A DNA stretch of 64,000 nucleotides, taken from positions 99,037 through 163,036 of the forward strand of contig JAEUKE010000200.1 of assembly GCA_016794345.1 (NCBI GenBank). The letters are read 5' to 3'. A program made the translations under genes and the position numbers. Each line of letters starts with the position of its first letter. Positions within the stretch are counted from its first letter, which is position 1. Below, in pieces: positions 35,085-44,676 of this stretch. The DNA is from Myxococcales bacterium (lineage in GTDB: Bacteria; Myxococcota_A; Polyangia; Polyangiales; Polyangiaceae). The notes below the pieces were generated by a model, which searched no databases, was not told the origin of the DNA, and was given only the letters and a program-made list of their open reading frames with translations.

Positions 35085-37490
35085 TCAGGGGCAGGTCACG
35101 CCATTTGGTGCGCCGGGGCTCGGAGCCGTGGTCGCCACGAACTTCGCGCCGAGCCGGCGCCCGGAGCCGCAGCGCTTCAAGGTCCGCGCGATCGTCGACT
35201 CGTTGACCTGAACCCCGTCGAGAGCGAGCGCGAGGAGCCCGGCGTCGTCTGCGTCGTTCGTGTCGTAGACGAGCGCGTCGATGAGCCCGCTCTGCGAGAC
35301 GCCACCGCCGCTCGCGAAGAGACCTTGGTAGATCGCCACGGCGTCCGCGCCGTTCTGGAGCAGGTTGTTCGCGAACGTCTTCTGGGGGGCGGGAACGACG
35401 CCGGGGTTGCCGATCAGCGCGAGCCCGCTGCCGTCCGAGACCACGCCGGACAGATCGATCACCTGGTACGCGGCGTCGTTCGTGCCGTTGAAGAAGACCA
35501 ACGAGTACCCCGCGAGCGACACGTTGGGCACGCCGGTGGAGAGCTCGATGAACTCGAGCGTGTCGGTGCCCGTCTGGTCGGAGTCGAGCTCGTTCACGGC
35601 GAGGTCGATCACGGTGAGCGAATAGGGCGCGGCCGTGCCGAGCGGGGTGGTGACGAGCAGGCTCTGCGACCCGGTCGGCGTGCCGTTCGTGATGCTCGGG
35701 ATCGTCAGGGTCGTCGCGGAGTCGACCGTGAAGGCTTGTTCGACGCCGCCGATGGTCACGCTGCTCGCCCCCGTGAGCCCCGCGCCGGTGACGACGAGCT
35801 TGGCGCCGCGTGACGCGACCCCGAGGTCGACCGCCGTGGTGCTCGGGCACGTGAGCTGGCAGACCGAGGCCACCTCGCCCACGCAGATCGAGTCCCAAGC
35901 CGTCGAGCAGCAGTAGGAGTCGACGGCGCAGACCTGCGCGGCGCACGGATCACACACCGCCGCGTTGAGCTTCGCGCCTTGCTGGCAGAGCGGATGGGCG
36001 CAGACGGGGTTGGGGACGAAGCTGAGCGTCCCGGGCGACCACACGCCCACGGTCGTCCCGCCGTCGGTCACCTCGGCGTAGACCCAATAGGTTCCCTCGC
36101 CGACGTACGAGGTGTTGACGACGTGGAAGCCCTCCTCGCCGGGCGTGAAGCGCGACGTCTCCAGGAAGACCTGCTGGCCGTCGAGGGTCGGCTGCTTGTT
36201 CAGCCAGAGGCTGACCCAGGTGGAGTCGCCCTCGGGATCGCTCACCGTCCAGGTCGCGTTGAACGTCTCGAGCGCGTGCACCACGTCCGTGTTGCCCGGC
36301 CCGGGGGCCGTGAACGTGAGGACCGGCGCCTGGTTGGCGGGCGGGTCGATAAAGAGCTGGTACGCCGGGTTCGTGGCGCCGCCCTTGCCGCGGACGACCG
36401 CGTAGTAGAACCCCTGCGGGCGCCCCTCGAGGGAGATCTGCTCCTGGTCGCCAGTGCCCTCCGACGAGGCGACGAGCGCGCCACTCGCGTCCCGGAGCTC
36501 GAGATCGAGGTCGCCCTCCGCCGCCTGGTGCGTGAGCCGGACGAGGTCCGCGGCCGCGCCCGTGTCGTTGGCGTAGAAGCGGTACCAGTCCACGTCGTTT
36601 GCGTCGTGGATGTTCACGCCGGTGATGGTGCGGGTCGGGTCGACCGGGCCGAGGTTCGGGCTGTTGAGGCCGCCGAGCGCCTGACCATCGGTCTCCGAAA
36701 CGGAATCGTCAGGCTCGTACGCGTCCTGCCCCAGCGGGGGCGCGCCGATCGTGACCTTGATGCGCGTGGCGTTGTTCGTCTCGTCGCTCTCGAGCACCTT
36801 GTCGAGCGGGTCGACGACCGACTCCAGCCAGTAGACGCCGTCGGGCACGCCGGTGATGTCGATGCTCTGCCCGTCGAGGCCGGCGCCGTAGGTGTCGACC
36901 CAGCCGACCGAGAGGCCCTGGATCGAAGAGCCGCAGCTGTGGAACTCCCCGTCGGGGTCGAAGTTGGGGAGCGAGCTCGAGTGGATGCCGAGATCGAGGA
37001 TGCAGAAGCTCGTCTTCGCGCCCTCGGCCACGATATCGCCCACCCCGTCACCCGGGAGGATCTGGCGGATGCGGTAGCTCGCCCAGCCGTCGAAGTGCAC
37101 GTGGCTGTGCGACGGGTGGTAGGTGAAGCTGCCGGCCACGCGATCCTCATACTCGCCGCCAGCGTTGAAGATGCGCTGCATGACGGTCTGCGTGCCGTCC
37201 GGGTTCGCGGGCGAGACGCCGTAGAGGTAGAGCTTGCCCGCGCCGACGTTGGCGGTGCCGTTCGAGAGCCGCAACAGCGTGCGTCCCGGCACGGAGACGA
37301 CGTCGAGGTAGTTCGTGTGGAGGTCCGACTCGCGAACGACGATGTCCGGAAGGAGCGCTCCTTCGAGCGCGGAGGGCTGGTCCTCCGCCCCTTCCGATTC
37401 GTCACCCGGAGCGCCCGGCGCACAACCGACGGCCACAAGGGACAGGGCAACGAGCGCCGTCCCGCGAGAAGAAAGCCCTTTTTTCATCAC
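35085..37490 (-). CDS. Secreted multidomain protein with lysyl-oxidase (LOX) catalytic domain, PPC-like, IPT/TIG-like and lamin-tail-like domains
   Basis: YHPSHSHVHFDGW (Cu His cluster), AEGAKTSFCILD (LTQ Lys), QGLSVGWVDTYGAGLDGQSIDITGVPDGVYWLESVVDP..ESDETNN (LTQ Tyr region). These align by eye with animal LOX. Confidence 0.9.
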   Translation of the reverse strand: MMKKGLSSRGTALVALSLVAVGCAPGAPGDESEGAEDQPSALEGALLPDIVVRESDLHTNYLDVVSVPGRTLLRLSNGTANVGAGKLYLYGVSPANPDGTQTVMQRIFNAGGEYEDRVAGSFTYHPSHSHVHFDGWASYRIRQILPGDGVGDIVAEGAKTSFCILDLGIHSSSLPNFDPDGEFHSCGSSIQGLSVGWVDTYGAGLDGQSIDITGVPDGVYWLESVVDPLDKVLESDETNNATRIKVTIGAPPLGQDAYEPDDSVSETDGQALGGLNSPNLGPVDPTRTITGVNIHDANDVDWYRFYANDTGAAADLVRLTHQAAEGDLDLELRDASGALVASSEGTGDQEQISLEGRPQGFYYAVVRGKGGATNPAYQLFIDPPANQAPVLTFTAPGPGNTDVVHALETFNATWTVSDPEGDSTWVSLWLNKQPTLDGQQVFLETSRFTPGEEGFHVVNTSYVGEGTYWVYAEVTDGGTTVGVWSPGTLSFVPNPVCAHPLCQQGAKLNAAVCDPCAAQVCAVDSYCCSTAWDSICVGEVASVCQLTCPSTTAVDLGVASRGAKLVVTGAGLTGASSVTIGGVEQAFTVDSATTLTIPSITNGTPTGSQSLLVTTPLGTAAPYSLTVIDLAVNELDSDQTGTDTLEFIELSTGVPNVSLAGYSLVFFNGTNDAAYQVIDLSGVVSDGSGLALIGNPGVVPAPQKTFANNLLQNGADAVAIYQGLFASGGGVSQSGLIDALVYDTNDADDAGLLALALDGVQVNESTIARTLKRCGSGRRLGAKFVATTAPSPGAPNGVTCP

Positions 37491-37563
37491 GAGATACCTC
37501 GGCCCTTGAGCCCAGGCATCTACGCAAAGCCCCTACCTTTTCTTCCTCCGCCCGACAGCGCCC

Positions 37564-39348
37564 TCAGCGCGGCACGGGGGGCACGACGACCGTGTTGATG
37601 GTGGAGGCGTTTCCGCCCGCCGGGTAGCTGTACGACGAGCAGCTCGACAGGCCCCACACCTGGAGCCCGAACGGCGCCGTGCTGCTCGCCACCTGCGGGC
37701 CGTTCGTGCAAGCGCCGTTGGGGACGCTCTCGCGGATGAGATCGACTGTCGTGATCTCGTATTCGCCGGCGCTGCCGATCGGCTGCCACCCCGTCACCGT
37801 GCCGTAGCACTCGAGGTTCACGTCGGCGAAGGTCCCGTTCGTCTTGGCCCGAACGAAGACCAGGTTCGTCGTCGGGTAGGTGGGATCGGAGAAGAAGACG
37901 TATTTCGCGAGCCACTGCGCGGGAGGCAACATGTTCACGAAATCCTCGTCGCCCGCGCAGCCGGCGCCTGGCATGACCTGCCCCAAATAGAACGGGTGGT
38001 CCTTGTCCTGGCTCGTCACCTTGAACGAGGTCGACGCCTCGAACTGTACGCTCTGGCCGAGGCTCAGCGTCGCGGGCGCGCTCGGGACCGGCGGGTCGAA
38101 CGTGAGCGTCGTGCCGTCCGTCACGCCGACGATGCGGTACGGGATGCTCTCCGCGCCACCGATGCGCGAAGCGAACGCCATCCCGATGTATTGATCCGAG
38201 AGCGCCGAGATGGCGGGGATCTGCTGGTGCCCCGAGTCACACCCGCCCCCGGACGACGTCGCCGAGGAGTAACACTGGTAGCCGTCGCCGCCGGTGAAGG
38301 CGATCGGCTTGTCGCTCTGGATGATCGAGCCGGTCATCTCGGGCCCGCGCCACTGGACGTATTGGCCCTTCTGGAGCGTCAGCGTTCCCTGAACGTTGGG
38401 GTTCAGCGCAGGCACGCTGCCGCCACCGGGGAGCGAGACGCTCGGGAGGATCTGCACGGTGGTCGCGTCCTCCGAGGCGACGATCTGTCCCCAGGACGGA
38501 CCGGACGAGGCCGGCGGCAAGACGGCGACATAGTTGGTTCCCCAAGCAGTCGTCGGCTGTACGAGCTCCGCGCTCGGCAGATACGAGAGCGCGCCACCGT
38601 ACGGCAGGATGTCGTACATCGTGCCGGGCGCGTCCGTCTGGATGTGCCACGCGGTCCCGAGCCCGGTTCCGATCACCGCGGTGCCGCCGCCGGTGCGAAC
38701 CGCCGGTTGTATCGGGCACGTGAGCGGGCCGCCGTTCACGCTCGACGGATCGTCGGAGAGGAAGAGGACCGCGACCTCGCCCGGCGGAAGCCCGGTCGCA
38801 GGCACGGCGGGCCAGCTGCCCACGTTGGGATCGGACTGCGCGATGCGGCCGAACGTCGTCGCGTCGTAGCTGACGCCGCCACGCGAGACGTCGATGACGA
38901 GATCTTTGTCCCAGTTGTTCGTGACGAAAGCGGCGAAACAGGGCGGCGTGATACCCGTGTAGAAGTCGGGCGTGGCGATGAGCCAGTCGCAGCCGATGCT
39001 GCCCTTGGACGCGGCCGCGGCGTCGCAAGCGGGGACACACATCCCGGCTGCGCATCCTTGATCGGGCGGGCACGTGGTGAGGATGTTGCCGTTTGCGTCG
39101 ACCACGCTCTTCAGATCGGGGCTGCACCCGACCTCGTTTCCGGGACCGCCACCTTGGCCGAAACCACCGCCCTGCCCGAAGCCGCCTCCGGTGTTCTGGC
39201 TGCCCGTGCTCTTCGTTCCGGTCGAGTCGCTGCCGCCTCCGCCGCCGGAGCCCTCGTTGGTGCCTGCCGAGCAGCCGAGCGCGACGACGCCGCCCAGGAG
39301 GAACAGAACGGAGGAAGGACCGAGGGAGAAGGAAGGGCGCTGCAACAT
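37564..39348 (-). CDS. Secreted lipoprotein with Gly-rich linker, function unknown
   Basis: Signal peptide with LGCS, then GGGGGSDSTG..GGGFGQGGGFGQGGG linker. 73 nt upstream of the LOX gene on the same strand. Confidence 0.8.
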   Translation of the reverse strand: MLQRPSFSLGPSSVLFLLGGVVALGCSAGTNEGSGGGGGSDSTGTKSTGSQNTGGGFGQGGGFGQGGGPGNEVGCSPDLKSVVDANGNILTTCPPDQGCAAGMCVPACDAAAASKGSIGCDWLIATPDFYTGITPPCFAAFVTNNWDKDLVIDVSRGGVSYDATTFGRIAQSDPNVGSWPAVPATGLPPGEVAVLFLSDDPSSVNGGPLTCPIQPAVRTGGGTAVIGTGLGTAWHIQTDAPGTMYDILPYGGALSYLPSAELVQPTTAWGTNYVAVLPPASSGPSWGQIVASEDATTVQILPSVSLPGGGSVPALNPNVQGTLTLQKGQYVQWRGPEMTGSIIQSDKPIAFTGGDGYQCYSSATSSGGGCDSGHQQIPAISALSDQYIGMAFASRIGGAESIPYRIVGVTDGTTLTFDPPVPSAPATLSLGQSVQFEASTSFKVTSQDKDHPFYLGQVMPGAGCAGDEDFVNMLPPAQWLAKYVFFSDPTYPTTNLVFVRAKTNGTFADVNLECYGTVTGWQPIGSAGEYEITTVDLIRESVPNGACTNGPQVASSTAPFGLQVWGLSSCSSYSYPAGGNASTINTVVVPPVPR

Positions 39349-39413
39349 GGTGCGAGGCTACCAAACCACGGTGAGAGGCGCGAGCCTGCCTTGCCGCTCG
39401 GACGCCGGTCTGA

Positions 39414-40634
39414 TTGCCTTCTCCAGTGTCGCCCGAAGCAGCGTATCGACGTCGCCTGCTCGTCTTCCTGAGCGTCGCGTCGTTCTTCGAGGGCTACGAT
39501 TTCCTCGCGCTCTCCCAGCTCCTGCCCACGCTGCGCGATCACTTCGAGCTGTCGAAGGTCGCCGGAGGGGCGCTCGTGACCGTCGTGAACGTGGGCACCA
39601 TGATCGCGTATTGGCTGGTGCGCCGTGCGGACACGTGGGGGCGCAAGCGCGCGCTCGCCGTCACCATCGCCGGCTACACGGTGGCGTCGCTCGCGTCGGG
39701 GCTCGCCCCGAACATCTGGACCTTCGCCATCGCGCAGCTCCTCGGCCGGATCTTCCTCATCGCGGAGTGGGCGATCTCGCTCGTCATCGCCGCGGAGGAG
39801 CTCCCCGCGGCGGAGCGGGGGCACGCGATGGGGATCATCCAGGCGTGCTCGAGCCTCGGCGCGATCGTGTGCGCGGGGCTCGTGCCCGTCTTGCTCCGGC
39901 TGCCGACGGGTTGGCGCACGGTCTACTTCGTCGGCGCCGTCCCGCTCCTTCTCGTCGCGTTCGCGCGCCGAGGCATGCAGGAGACGAAGCGGTTCCAGTC
40001 ACGAGCGGGGGCGCAGCGCGCGAGCTTCTTCTCCATCCTGCGCGGACCACACGCGGGGCGGGTCGCCCTGGTCGCAACGGTGTGGGCGCTCTCCTACGTC
40101 TGCACGCAGACCGCGGTCACGTTCTGGAAGGACTTCGCGTTGCACGAGCGCAACCTGACGGAGTCGGAGGCCGGGCTCTCCATCTCGGTCGCCGCCGTCG
40201 GGGCGCTGCCGCTCGTCTTCCTCGCCGGCAAGATGCTCGACCTCTGGGGACGCAGGCTGGGCGCCGTGATCATCTTCGTGGCCACCTCGCTCGGGACGTC
40301 CGCGGCCTACCTGGCGGCGGGCAAGGTCTCGCTCACGGCGGCCCTCACGGTCGCCATCTTCGGCACCACGGCCATCTTGACCGTCCTCAACGCCTACAAC
40401 GCGGAGCTGTTCCCCACCGAGCTCCGCGCGGACGCGTTCGCCTGGGCGAACAACCTGCTCGGCCGCGTCGGCTATGTCCTGGCGCCCGTCGCGGTGGGGT
40501 GGCTCGCCGAGCAGAGCTCGTGGAGCGTCGCGGTGAGCGCGACCGCGGTCTTCCCGATGATCGCGCTCGGCATCATCCTGGCCCGCTTCCCGGAGACGCG
40601 CGGCAAGGAGCTCGAGGAAACGGCAGTGACCTGA
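39414..40634 (+). CDS. MFS transporter
   Basis: About 12 hydrophobic segments. ADTWGRKRAL loop 2-3 motif and a second-half LDLWGRR. TTG at 39414 or GTG at 39426. Confidence 0.9.
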   Translation: MPSPVSPEAAYRRRLLVFLSVASFFEGYDFLALSQLLPTLRDHFELSKVAGGALVTVVNVGTMIAYWLVRRADTWGRKRALAVTIAGYTVASLASGLAPNIWTFAIAQLLGRIFLIAEWAISLVIAAEELPAAERGHAMGIIQACSSLGAIVCAGLVPVLLRLPTGWRTVYFVGAVPLLLVAFARRGMQETKRFQSRAGAQRASFFSILRGPHAGRVALVATVWALSYVCTQTAVTFWKDFALHERNLTESEAGLSISVAAVGALPLVFLAGKMLDLWGRRLGAVIIFVATSLGTSAAYLAAGKVSLTAALTVAIFGTTAILTVLNAYNAELFPTELRADAFAWANNLLGRVGYVLAPVAVGWLAEQSSWSVAVSATAVFPMIALGIILARFPETRGKELEETAVT

Positions 40635-40691
40635 GCGGCAACGCGGCTCCCCGGGAGCCATCGCCGGACCGCCGTGCTAACGCGCAGGGCC

Positions 40692-41201
40692 ATGAACGGC
40701 CTGAGCCCGATCATGATCGTCCTCGCCGCGTGTGCGCTGGCCTGCGAAGACCCTTCTGCCTCACCGCCCGCGCCGAGCACGTCGAGCCAGCCGCAAGCTG
40801 CCTCCGCCACCGGCGCCAAGCTGGACAAACAGACGCTGTGCCGTGAGCTGATCGCCGTGGTGAACCGCACGGTGGAGGAGTCGCACAAGATCACCGGGAC
40901 GCTGTCGGGCGACGGAACGAAGGAGCTCGAGGCCCTCGCGGCCTCGGCGGCCCGAGCCAAGGTCGAGGTGGAGAAGCTCGCCGGTGATGACTCGACCGTG
41001 ATGGCCGCGCGAGACGGCTACCTTCGGATGCTCGCCACCACGGTCCAGTCCGCGCGCGAGACGGTCCGCGCCGCGCGCGAGAAGGACTTCGAGGCGATGG
41101 AGAAGGCAAGCGATGCGCTGACGAAGGCGGTCGCCTCCGAAGAGGCCGTGGTGGGGCGAATCAACGCGGCCTGCGGAGTAGGAGCAGTACCTACCCCTTG
41201 A
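40692..41201 (+). CDS. Lipoprotein, helical, unknown function
   Basis: MNGLSPIMIVLAACALAC signal peptide plus lipobox. Confidence 0.7.
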   Translation: MNGLSPIMIVLAACALACEDPSASPPAPSTSSQPQAASATGAKLDKQTLCRELIAVVNRTVEESHKITGTLSGDGTKELEALAASAARAKVEVEKLAGDDSTVMAARDGYLRMLATTVQSARETVRAAREKDFEAMEKASDALTKAVASEEAVVGRINAACGVGAVPTP

Positions 41202-41275
41202 TTCGACGAAGCGTTCAGGTGGGTTCGCCAGGCCCGACTTAGGGTTCGCGCAAGACGTGCCGTTTCACGGGTGCC

Positions 41276-41830
41276 ATGAAGGGCATCGTGTTCAACCTCT
41301 TCGAGCGGTTCGTCGACGAGAAGCTCGGCCCCGAAGCCTTCGAGGCCATCGTCGACGCCACGGACCTCGTGACCAAGGAGCCCTTCGTGGGACCCGGCAA
41401 CTACCCTGACGCGGACCTCTTCGCGCTTGTCACGACGACCTGCCGGCTCCACCGGATCACGCTCGTCGACGCGCTCCGGGCGTTCGGCCGATTCGCGTTC
41501 GATCATCTCGCGAAGACGGTCCCTGATCTCGTCTCCTGCCACGCCCACCCCAAGCCGTTTCTGATGTCGCTCGGGTCGATCATCCACGTGGAGGTGAAGA
41601 AGCTGTATCCGAGCGCGAGACCTCCCGAGATCGTGTCCATCGACCTCGGCCCAGGCAAGATGCGACTCGTCTACGCGTCGCCCCGATGCCTGGGCGAGCT
41701 CGCCTACGGCTTGCTCGAAGGCGTGCGTGACCACTTCGGGGCTCCCTTCACCATCGACGTCGCCGAGAGGACGACGGACCGGCGCTGGACCTTGGAGCTC
41801 GCGTTTGCGGCGGAGCAAGACGCGGCGTGA
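41276..41830 (+). CDS. H-NOX (heme nitric oxide/oxygen binding) sensor protein
   Basis: MKGIVFNLFE N-terminus. His104 in IIHVEV, Pro112, and Y133-x-S135-x-R137 (VYASPR) heme-propionate motif. Confidence 0.88.
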   Translation: MKGIVFNLFERFVDEKLGPEAFEAIVDATDLVTKEPFVGPGNYPDADLFALVTTTCRLHRITLVDALRAFGRFAFDHLAKTVPDLVSCHAHPKPFLMSLGSIIHVEVKKLYPSARPPEIVSIDLGPGKMRLVYASPRCLGELAYGLLEGVRDHFGAPFTIDVAERTTDRRWTLELAFAAEQDAA

Positions 41831-43125
41831 GCACGCTGGAGAAGAAGCTCGCGCGCGCCGAGGCGCGGATCACCATCCTCGAGCGGATGATCGAGGAGAA
41901 GAGCCGCGAGGTCTACGTCGCGCACATCGAGGTGGAGCGGAAGAATAACTGGCTGAGCCACCTCCTGAAGACCATTCCGAGCGGACTCTGGGTGTTCGAG
42001 CGGGGCGGCATGCCCGAGCTCGTGAACGACACCGCACGCAACCTGCTCGGGTTGAGCGAGGAGGAGGCGAGCAAGGTCGGCTTCCGGGACACGTTCCCCG
42101 ATGTCGACTTCGAGCGCCTGCTGGGAGTGGACTCGACCGAAAGGGTCGAGACCGCGTTACGACGCCAAGACGGCACGACCCTGCCCATCCTGCTCGTCAC
42201 CTCGGTCTTCAACGCGGGCGCCGGCAGAGCGAAGAAGCTCGTCTGCCTCGGCGTCGACCGAACGGCCCAGAAGCAGCTCGAAGATCGCCTTCGTCTGGCA
42301 CAGAAGCTCGAAGCGGTCGGCCAGCTGGCTGCCGGCGTGGCCCACGAGGTCAACACGCCGATGCAGTTCATCGGCGACGGCGTCCGCTTCCTGAAGGAGT
42401 GTCTGACCGATCTCGGCAGCGCGCTCGAGGGTCACGGCGAGCTCTTCACCGAGCTCCGCCAGCGCGGGTGCCTGACCGCCGACGACGAAGAGAAGATCGC
42501 GTCGATCGAGGAGACCTCGGACGTGGCGTTCGTGCTCGTGGAGGGGCCGGCGGCGGTCGACCGCACGCTCCGAGGGGTGACACGCGTCGCGGAGATCGTG
42601 CGCGCCTTGAAGGCCTTCGCGCATCCGGTCGACGGCGCCTACACGTCCACGGACGTGAACGCCGCGATCGCGGACGCGGTCATCGTGGCGCGAGGTGAGT
42701 ACAAACACTGCGCGGAGGTCATGCTCGACTTCGGCGACGTCCCGCCCATCGTCTGCGACGCCGGGGCCTTGAACCAGGTGCTCCTGAACCTGATCGTCAA
42801 CGCGACACACGCCATCGAGGAGGGCAAAGCCGGCGCGATGGGGATGATCACGATCCGGACTCGACAAGAACGAGACTTCGTCTGCATCAGCGTCTCGGAC
42901 GACGGCTGCGGGATCCCCGAGGCCGTCAGGCCCCGCCTCTTCGAGCCCTTCTTCACGACGAAGCCGGTCGGAAAGGGAACGGGCCAGGGCCTCGCGCTGG
43001 TCCACACCATCGTGGAGAAACAGCACGGCGGTCAGATCTCCTTCGACAGCCAGGTAGGCGTCGGGACCACGTTCCACATTCGGTTTCCGCTGAAGCGAGC
43101 TCAAACCCGCGAGCGCGCGGCGTGA
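41827..43125 (+). CDS. Sensor histidine kinase (H-NOX associated)
   Basis: GTGA overlap with the H-NOX stop. H-box [16 protein letters not shown]1 and G2 boxes [27 protein letters not shown]. Confidence 0.92.
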   Translation: MSTLEKKLARAEARITILERMIEEKSREVYVAHIEVERKNNWLSHLLKTIPSGLWVFERGGMPELVNDTARNLLGLSEEEASKVGFRDTFPDVDFERLLGVDSTERVETALRRQDGTTLPILLVTSVFNAGAGRAKKLVCLGVDRTAQKQLEDRLRLAQKLEAVGQLAAGVAHEVNTPMQFIGDGVRFLKECLTDLGSALEGHGELFTELRQRGCLTADDEEKIASIEETSDVAFVLVEGPAAVDRTLRGVTRVAEIVRALKAFAHPVDGAYTSTDVNAAIADAVIVARGEYKHCAEVMLDFGDVPPIVCDAGALNQVLLNLIVNATHAIEEGKAGAMGMITIRTRQERDFVCISVSDDGCGIPEAVRPRLFEPFFTTKPVGKGTGQGLALVHTIVEKQHGGQISFDSQVGVGTTFHIRFPLKRAQTRERAA

Positions 43126-44243
43126 GCTGGGGCGCTCCGCCCGCCGGCCGACCGTGGCGCGCGCTGTTCGTCGATGACGAGGCCGAGGTGCTGTCCGCGC
43201 TCGCCGCGCGCTCGCGCAAGCACCGCCGAGACTGGTCAATCACCACGGCGGTGGGCGGTCCCGCCGGGCTCTCGGCGCTCGCAGGCCCGGAGCCCTACGA
43301 CCTCGTCGTCACCGATCTGTCCATGCCGAGGGTCAGCGGCGTCGAGGTCCTCGCCGAGGCTCGGAAGGTCCAACCCCGCGCCGTGCGCTTCGTGCTCTCG
43401 GGTCGCTCCGATCAGAAGATGGCGAGCCAGGCGAGCCTGGCTCACCAGATCTTCGGGAAGCCGTCGGAGCTGGAGGAGATCCTGAGACGGGCGAGCCTCG
43501 CGCTGGCGGTCGGGGCGCGGCTGCAGAGCGGCGAGGTCGAGCGCGTCACGTCGGGCGAGGGTATCCCGAAGTCGCCGAAGGTTTTCGCGGCTCTCCATAC
43601 GGCGCTTCGTTCGGAGAGCTACGAGCCGCGGATGGCGGCGAGGATCGTCGAGCAGGACATCAACTTGACCGGGAGGGTCCTCCGGATCGCGAGCGCGAGC
43701 CCGCTCGGGCCACGCCGGAGCGTAACGAGCGTTCGAGCAGCCCTCGTCGCGCTCGGCCGCGACGCCGTCGAGCAGCTGGTCTTGCTGGAGGAGACGCTCT
43801 CGGCTTCAGGCCCGGGCGCAACGTCGGAGATGCGCGACCACGCGCTCGCCGTCGCCAGGATCGGAATGCGGCTCGAGCCGGGGCTCGACGGCGTCTTCAC
43901 GGCCGGCGTGCTCCACGACGTCGGGCGCCTGCTCCAGGCGGAGCCCGACGCGCCGGGCGGCAGGCACCCGGAGCTGGGCGCCTACCTCGCGGCGCTCTGG
44001 GGTTTCCCGCCGCCGGTCGTGGAGGCCGTCATGTTCCACCACGACCCACCTCCCAACCCACCCCTGCTCGCCGGTACCCTGTGGGCCGCCGAGCGGATCG
44101 CCGAGGCCGGGCGACGGGGGCTCGACGGCGCCGAATCCCTGGTCGGCGCCGAAGCCGCCGCGCGATGGCACGAGGCGGCCTTGAGTTTGGCCGGGAGTGA
44201 GCCGCAGAGCGTAGCGAGGCCCCGACAGGGCGCGACCGCTTGA
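43122..44243 (+). CDS. Response regulator receiver + HDOD domain protein
   Basis: GTGA overlap. REC: LFVDDE...VVTDLSMP...K. HDOD: DINLTGRVLRIASASPLG...AALVALG...GVLHDVGRLL. Confidence 0.88.
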   Translation: MSWGAPPAGRPWRALFVDDEAEVLSALAARSRKHRRDWSITTAVGGPAGLSALAGPEPYDLVVTDLSMPRVSGVEVLAEARKVQPRAVRFVLSGRSDQKMASQASLAHQIFGKPSELEEILRRASLALAVGARLQSGEVERVTSGEGIPKSPKVFAALHTALRSESYEPRMAARIVEQDINLTGRVLRIASASPLGPRRSVTSVRAALVALGRDAVEQLVLLEETLSASGPGATSEMRDHALAVARIGMRLEPGLDGVFTAGVLHDVGRLLQAEPDAPGGRHPELGAYLAALWGFPPPVVEAVMFHHDPPPNPPLLAGTLWAAERIAEAGRRGLDGAESLVGAEAAARWHEAALSLAGSEPQSVARPRQGATA

Positions 44244-44256
44244 TTGAGGTTCTCGA

Positions 44257-44676
44257 ATGAAGAAGACTGCGCGCGTCCTGTTCGTCGACGACGATCCCGA
44301 CCTCCTGGCCGCCATGAAGCTGGGGCTCAGGAAGTCGCCGTTCGAGATCTTCACGGCGTCTTCGGCGGACGAAGCGGCGGCGCTGTTGCGCGTCGAGCCC
44401 ATCGACGTGGTGGTGTCGGACGAGCGCATGCCCGAGGTGGCAGGCAGCCGGTTCCTGGGGTTCGTGCGCCGCAACTTCCCCAACACCGTCCGGATCGCCC
44501 TCACCGGGCAGGCCTCGCTCGAGGCCGTGAAGCGCGCGGTGAACGAAGGCGGCATCAGCCGCCTCCTGATGAAGCCCTGCAGCGCGGCCGAGGTGGCCGC
44601 GGCCATCGACGAGTGCCTCGTCGAACGCCGCCAGGCCGTCAACGCCATCCTCCGACCGCGGGTCGACGGGCCGTGA
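44257..44676 (+). CDS. Stand-alone response regulator receiver
   Basis: VLFVDDDPD, VVVSDERMPEVAG, LMKP. Confidence 0.9.
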   Translation: MKKTARVLFVDDDPDLLAAMKLGLRKSPFEIFTASSADEAAALLRVEPIDVVVSDERMPEVAGSRFLGFVRRNFPNTVRIALTGQASLEAVKRAVNEGGISRLLMKPCSAAEVAAAIDECLVERRQAVNAILRPRVDGP

